Assembly: GCA_951406725.2 (NCBI GenBank)
Contig: OX597823.1
Coordinates: 82,770,001 to 82,834,000, forward strand
DNA: 64,000 bases
Direction: 5' to 3'
Origin: Octopus vulgaris
Lineage: Eukaryota
This document shows, piece after piece, positions 57,500 through 64,000 of this stretch (positions are counted from its first letter, which is position 1; every line of letters starts with the position of its first letter). A program made the translations under genes and the position numbers. The notes beneath the pieces were generated by a model. The model was given only the letters and a program-made list of their open reading frames with translations. It had not been told where the DNA came from and did no database searches.

Positions 57500-58120
57500 G
57501 GTTTCAAATTTTAACACAAGGCCAGTGATGTCTAGGAAAAGATTAATTCGATTACATCCACACCAGTGCCGATTTAATACTTATTTGATCGACCCTGAAA
57601 AGATGAAATCAAATTCAAATACGGTGGAATTTTAACTCATAACTTAAAGACGGACGGAAAACTGCTAAGCATTTTTGTCCGGAGTGCTAACGATTCATGT
57701 TTCTTTACAGCCCACAAGAAACTACACACAGAGGGGACAAACAAGGACAGACAAACGGATTAAGTCGATTATATCGACCCCAGTGTGTAACTGGTACTTA
57801 TTTAATCGACCCTGAAAAGATGAAAGTCAAAGTCGACCTCGGCGGTATTTGAACTCAGAACGTAGCGGCAGAGGAAGTACCTATTTCTATTTTTTTTACT
57901 GTCCACAAGGGGCTAAACACAGAGGGGACAAACAAGGACAGACAAACGGATTAAGTCGATTATATCGACCCTAGTGCGTAGCTGGTGCTTAATTTATCGA
58001 CCCCGAAACGATGAAAGGCAAAGTCGACCTCGGCGGAATTTGAACTCAGAACTCAGCGGCGGACGAAATACCACAAAGCATTTCGTCCGGCGTGCTAACG
58101 ATTGTGCCAAACGCCGCCTT
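57500..58120 (-). mobile_element. SINE family A trimer
   Basis: Three consecutive family A bodies with the same junction types as at 25.1-26.0 kb. Confidence 0.88.
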
Positions 58121-58841
58121 TAACTAAGTGATAATCTATTGCGTAAATAAATATAATACTATTTTTAAATTAAACTTACGAACCATATTGCTTGGGGGAA
58201 ATCCAAACTGCAAACTTGTAAACTGTTGCTAGACGTTTCTATACAATACAAAAATAGTAAAGTGCTCCTAATGCATATATCCTTAGTTTAAAAATAGGAA
58301 TTACTTTTGCGCTTGCTGGTGAGCTTCCTTTATGATTCGGCTTTTGTAATTACTTTGTATGTTTTGTACTGGTCGTGTAAAAGCATATTCATGTGTGTAT
58401 TTTGAACCTCACCCAGCACCTGCTGTCGAGAAACATGCTGTAATTATATAATTACATAATATTAATTATATTTAGAATCATGATATTGATTTATTGTTAT
58501 CATCATCGTCGTCGTGAACATCTTTATCCACATCAGCGTCGTCTTCATCCTCCTCCTCCTCATCATCATCATCATCAACGTCATCATCGGCGTCGTCTTC
58601 ATCGTCATCATCATCGTCATCATCATCATCATCATCATTTTCACCATCATTACCAGCATCATCCTTTAGCATTAATCTCTGAATTCCCTGATTTCATTAA
58701 CAAATGCACGATATTTTTTTCAAATATTAATTCACGCAATTGTGATGTCTACAGGACCAATCAGGAACGAATTTCAATGATTTTGTTGCTTTTGCTATTG
58801 TTTTTGTTGTTGTTGTTGTTGCTGCTGCTGCTGCGAATGAC

Positions 58842-58876
<35 letters not shown>

Positions 58877-60007
58877 CGACGACGACGACGATGACGACGA
58901 CGACGACGACGATGATAATGATGATGCGGAGGATCCACTAATATTGGGGTCGGGCATATGATCTGTTGTGTCCCATCCCCGGTGCTTGATGAATTGTTAT
59001 TTTATTAACCCTGAAAGGTTCAAAGTTCATGATGACCCAGACGGTAATTGACCCAAGAACTTTGGGAACAGAGTAAAAATGGAAAAAAATCAAAGGCGTT
59101 TAGAGCGATGGTTCACTGTAACTGCACAGACATCAATATAAATATTGCCTGAATATTAATTCAATAAATCATTCCACGCTGTTTTCATGACATGTTTTTG
59201 TCAATATCTTTGAGAGACGAAGCTAAAACTATTGAGACTCTTCATAAAAAAATTGATAAAGAATATATCGCTTGCAAAGAAAATGTTTACCCGTTGAAGC
59301 TTGCACGCTCTGCATTTCGATCTTAGTAATTCGTGATCGAAAAGCAAAGAGGGTTATTGTTTGATTAATAATATATTTGCTTCTTTTTTTTTATATATTT
59401 CTTTCTTATTTATTATTTCTTTATTGGAAATGTTGGAATCGTTCAATCTTTTTACAAGAAAATTTTGAGATCAATGCGACTGAAATTGAATGTTTAATTG
59501 TTACATATTTCTTTGCAGTATTACCAACCGGCTTTTTTATACTATTCAAAGAGCTCTTTTGTACCTTTAATTAATTCTTAAGCTTTAAGCAGAAAAAATA
59601 TCATGAAAATAAAAAGATATCTTCGTAAAACAGATCAAAACAAATAAAAATATATAGAACAAATTAGTATTTTATTCCTTAGATAATGAACAAATTGATA
59701 GCAATAAACTAAATGTATTTAATTTCATAAGCTGTTTCCATCTGGTTTGGAGCTATAATAGAATTCATGAAGATTTAAGCCTTCGAGACACAATATTTCC
59801 TTTTGCGAGTACTTTTAATGTTGTGTAGCCGTCAATTGATAGACGAACCACATAACATTGAATAGTTACAATATCTGACTATTTAGACATAAGGCCTGAG
59901 AGCAAAAATAGTATTGTATAATAAACGATCGATAGTCGAGCCTAGACATGTCTGTGTGCTTAAGAATACCTCTCACGATTGTTGGTTTGATGTTTAAATG
60001 AGCAATC

Positions 60008-60042
<35 letters not shown>

Positions 60043-60154
60043 CGATGATGATGATAATAGACAATATAAGACCGAGGTAACTCATCCAGAAGTTATACAC
60101 AAATAAATAGAAGAGTGCCATATCATGTGAAATTGGTTGAAACCATTATTATTA

Positions 60155-60206
<52 letters not shown>

Positions 60207-60593
60207 GGGGGCGAGTTGATAAAATCGTTAGTATACCGGCCAGAATGCTCAGTTACATTTCGTCCGTCTTTATGTTCTGAGCTCAAATTCCGCCGAGGTC
60301 GACGCTGCTTTTCATCCTTTCGGGGTCTGCAAAGAAATATGCAACAATTAAACATTCAATTTCAGTTGCATTGATCTCAAAATTTTCTTATAAAAAGATT
60401 GAACGATTCCAACATTTCCAATAAAGAAATAATAAATCAGAAATACTTCTGGATGAGTTACCTCGGCCCTATATAGTCTTAACAAAAAATGAAGCAGACT
60501 GAAATGTAATTTTTGAACCTGTGGAAGGCACGCTAGATGCAGAAATATTCTTCAACCAATTTCACATGATATAGCCCTCTTCTATTTATTTGT

Positions 60594-60636
<43 letters not shown>

Positions 60637-61173
60637 GTGCCCTCATGTAGTACCACGCACTGGCTCTCATGACTTTTCATCTTAACTGATTGGAAGTGTT
60701 ATCATGTACATGTTTTGTCTTGGCATTAAAGATGCGCTACAGCAAATATGCTGCTCAATACCACAGATTTGCTTGTCAGTTGTTTGACCTTAACCAGTTT
60801 CCCTTAGAAGCTGACAATAAGTGATCACGAGCAGGAGTAGTTGGCAAGCATCATAGCCATGTGTGTAGAGAAATTCTTGGAGGTTTGAATAATTCACCTT
60901 TAGAAACTTAGGTGTTTCGTTCGTCATCCTTAAACAAAGCTTATTCAAGGACCTGTTGAGCGGGATGAGCAACTCGACTTGAAGAAAATTCTAACTGCCC
61001 CAACTGCAAGGTCATGCGCTGTTTATCATGATATGAGATCACCATGTCGTGCACATATGATTGTGATGCATGAGCCTGGTGTACACTTATCAGACGGGAA
61101 GTCATGATAGGTACATTGGGCTTCGTATATTTTATCCCGGGTGACTTTGATGACATGCACTGCTCTCTCACTC
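60637..61173 (+). mobile_element. Putative non-autonomous element embedded in a (TAA)n tract
   Basis: 537 bp of complex sequence with (TAA)n directly abutting both ends; no ORF of note. Confidence 0.45.
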
Positions 61174-62002
61174 AATAATAATAATAATAATCTTTTCTAA
61201 TATAGGCACAAAGCCTGGAATTTGAGGGAGGGGAGCAGTGAATCAAACTGACCCCAGTACTTCACTGGTACTTATTGGTGCTTAACAGAATTTCATCCTC
61301 TTTTACATTCTGAGTTCAAATTCCGCCGAGGTCGACTTTGCTTTTTATCCTTTAGTAATAGATAAAATATGTACGAGTTAAACACTAGGGCCGATGTAAT
61401 CGACTTACCCGCTACACTGAAATTGCTGGCCTTGTGTCAAAATTTGAAATGAATATTATTATTATTACTACTGTATTTATGCAGCAAGCTAACAGAATTG
61501 GCAGCGCCTCGGAGAAAAAATACTTAACGGCATTTCTGCCAGCTGTTTCCGTTTTGAGTTGAAATCCCGATGAGGTCAACTTTTCCTTTGGATCGAGGAA
61601 ATAATGTACAGCCAAGTACCGTGGTATATGCAGTTGATTTATCCCTTCCCTTAAGAATTTCTGGCCAAATGCCAAAATGAGAAAAATTCCTTATTTTAGT
61701 TGTTTTGTTGTAAATATAAATTTCATTGCAAAAACTGCATTTCAGTTTCTTTAGTTATGCTCTCGTCAGGCACGTTACAGTGAAAAGCGTACCAGAAGTA
61801 TATTTGTTGCAACACGATCGTTCTGAATTCTTGTTATACCAAAGTGGGATTTGTTTGTCATCTCTTTACTGTCGATAAAATAAGAACCACTTCGGCACTA
61901 GGCTGGATGTAAGCAACTAACTCCTCTAAAATTGTTGGCTGTGTAACGAAGTTTGAAGCAAACTTCGAGTTATTGTTTTTTGAAGTAACGTTCTTATTAA
62001 CA

Positions 62003-62076
<74 letters not shown>

Positions 62077-62232
62077 CCTACCTACCTACCTACCTATCTA
62101 TTTATATATATATCTGTTTACCTATCTGTTTACCTATCTATTTACCTATATATCTATCAATTTACCTATGTATCTATCTATCCCTCTATTTATGTATGTA
62201 TGTATGTATGTATGTATTTATCTATTTATTTA

Positions 62233-62275
<43 letters not shown>

Positions 62276-62322
62276 ACTTATCTATCTATTTATGTATGTA
62301 TTTATCTATCTATCTATCTATC

Positions 62323-62373
<51 letters not shown>

Positions 62374-63049
62374 GGAGAGATAGATAAACAAACAAGCTAC
62401 ATAGAACGAACGATCGATCGACAGAACGATAAATTATAAAAATTGGTATATTGATTCGTTAATTGATTGATTGATATGTAGGTAAGAGCTTCAAAACTCT
62501 GTATATCGATCAATTGAACTGAATCAGCAAATCTTTAGAACATGATACTTTTGGAAGGAAATAAAAGTTCTCGATAGCTTCCTCCCGAACTGATTGGGTT
62601 GAGTATGGCCTTGACGTTTGATAATAACATCCATGTTAAGCGTACTTTAAAGAGACAGAATAATAATGATTTTCAGTTCTGACTCACCTTATTATTAGTT
62701 GGTGATTTATGTCAAATACAAATTTTCATCTACTGACACTTATTTTGCAGTAGAAATACCAAATTGCACTTCAGAAACACACACACCTTCACATACGTGC
62801 AAACGCACTCACACGTGCACATACATTACACATACTGTCATAAGCGCACAGCTATGTACACAGACATATAAATACATACACATTTATACATATATATTTA
62901 CATATATACACGCATATACATACATATATACGTATATATATATATATATATATAAACGTATATATATACATATATATATATATACATATATACATATATA
63001 TATATACACATATATACATATATATATATACATATATACATATATATAT

Positions 63050-63084
<35 letters not shown>

Positions 63085-63162
63085 CATGTATACACATACA
63101 TACATATATATAAATATATGCACACGCACACACGTACACACACACACACACACACATATATA

Positions 63163-63497
63163 TTCTTTTATTTGTTTCAGTCATTTGACTGTGGCCATGC
63201 TGGAGCACCGCGTTTAGTCGAGCAAATCGACCCCAGGACTTATTATTTGTAAGCTTACTTATTCTATCGGTTTCTCTTGTCGAACCGCTAAGAGGCGTGG
63301 ACGTAAATACACCAACATCGGTTGTCAAGCGATGGTGTGGGGGGGGACAAACACAGACACACAAACATATACATATATATATATATATATATATATGACA
63401 AGCTATAATAGGAGACACTTGCCAAGGTGCCACGCAGTGTGACTGAACCCAGAACCATGTGGTTGGTAAGCAAGCTACTTAGCACACAGCCACTCCT
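63163..63497 (-). mobile_element. SINE family B with internal deletion
   Basis: Family B consensus ends present; central TTCAGTTTCCGTCTACC block absent. Confidence 0.85.
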
Positions 63498-64000
63498 GAG
63501 ACTATATATATATATATATAATCCTGATTATTTTCCGTTTGTTATTTACTTAGCCCGTTTGTAACGCTTTCACTTGATAAGTTGAAGGGAAAGGCAAAGA
63601 GCGAGAGAAAAAGGAGAGAGTAAAGAGAGTAAAGTGAAGAGTGAGAGAGAAGGGGGGGGGAGAAAAAGAGAGGGAAGCGTCCATGACGTGAGGTAGTGAC
63701 AACGTAAACATTGAAGGTAGTGATACAGAGAAGGAGAGTTAGAAATACAATTTCTGCAAAGGGGTGATGTTCTGATGGTGAGGTTAAAGAAAGGCAGGGA
63801 GGGGAGTGAAGAGAACGAGATAGAGAGAGAAAGATCATGGTGTTTGTGGTAGTGGTGGAAGGAGTGGGTGGATTTGGTATGGACTGGTCAAGTGGGGTGA
63901 AGGCGGTGGTGGGGTGGTGTTGTGTAGGTGGCGGTGGTGAATAGATAGGGAAAACTGTAACTGTTGTTTTCAATTCAGACGTCCGAATTAAGGAGCATCT

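Overview
AT-rich, repeat-saturated animal genomic DNA, intronic or intergenic. The tRNA-derived SINE families and dense (TA)n/(TAGA)n/(TATG)n/(TAA)n/(GAT)n microsatellites suggest a coleoid cephalopod, probably Octopus; this is inferred from pattern recognition, not a database search. I find no supportable host protein-coding gene, and almost all listed ORFs are microsatellite or SINE read-through. Recognisable content: three SINE families (dozens of copies); a complete but decayed Chapaev3-type DNA transposon with TTA TSD; Tc1 and mariner relics and MITEs; a composite Helitron nested in the Tc1; and 3' fragments of RLE-type (R4/Dong-like), L1/Tx1-like, CR1-like and Penelope-like retroelements. 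The most interesting signal is RNA-level. Several unrelated small non-coding elements sitting in (TA)n tracts carry type-I hammerhead ribozyme motifs: an intact one in a 362-bp tandem unit at 33.2-33.7 kb (retrozyme/pLTR-like), a mirror pair with an unusually long stem II in a 1.3-kb near-perfect palindrome at 12.5-13.8 kb, and degenerate ones at 7.9, 9.2 and 53.2 kb. A SINE also appears to insert preferentially at GGT, including into its own head. All alignments and folds were done by eye, and the boundaries of old repeats are approximate.
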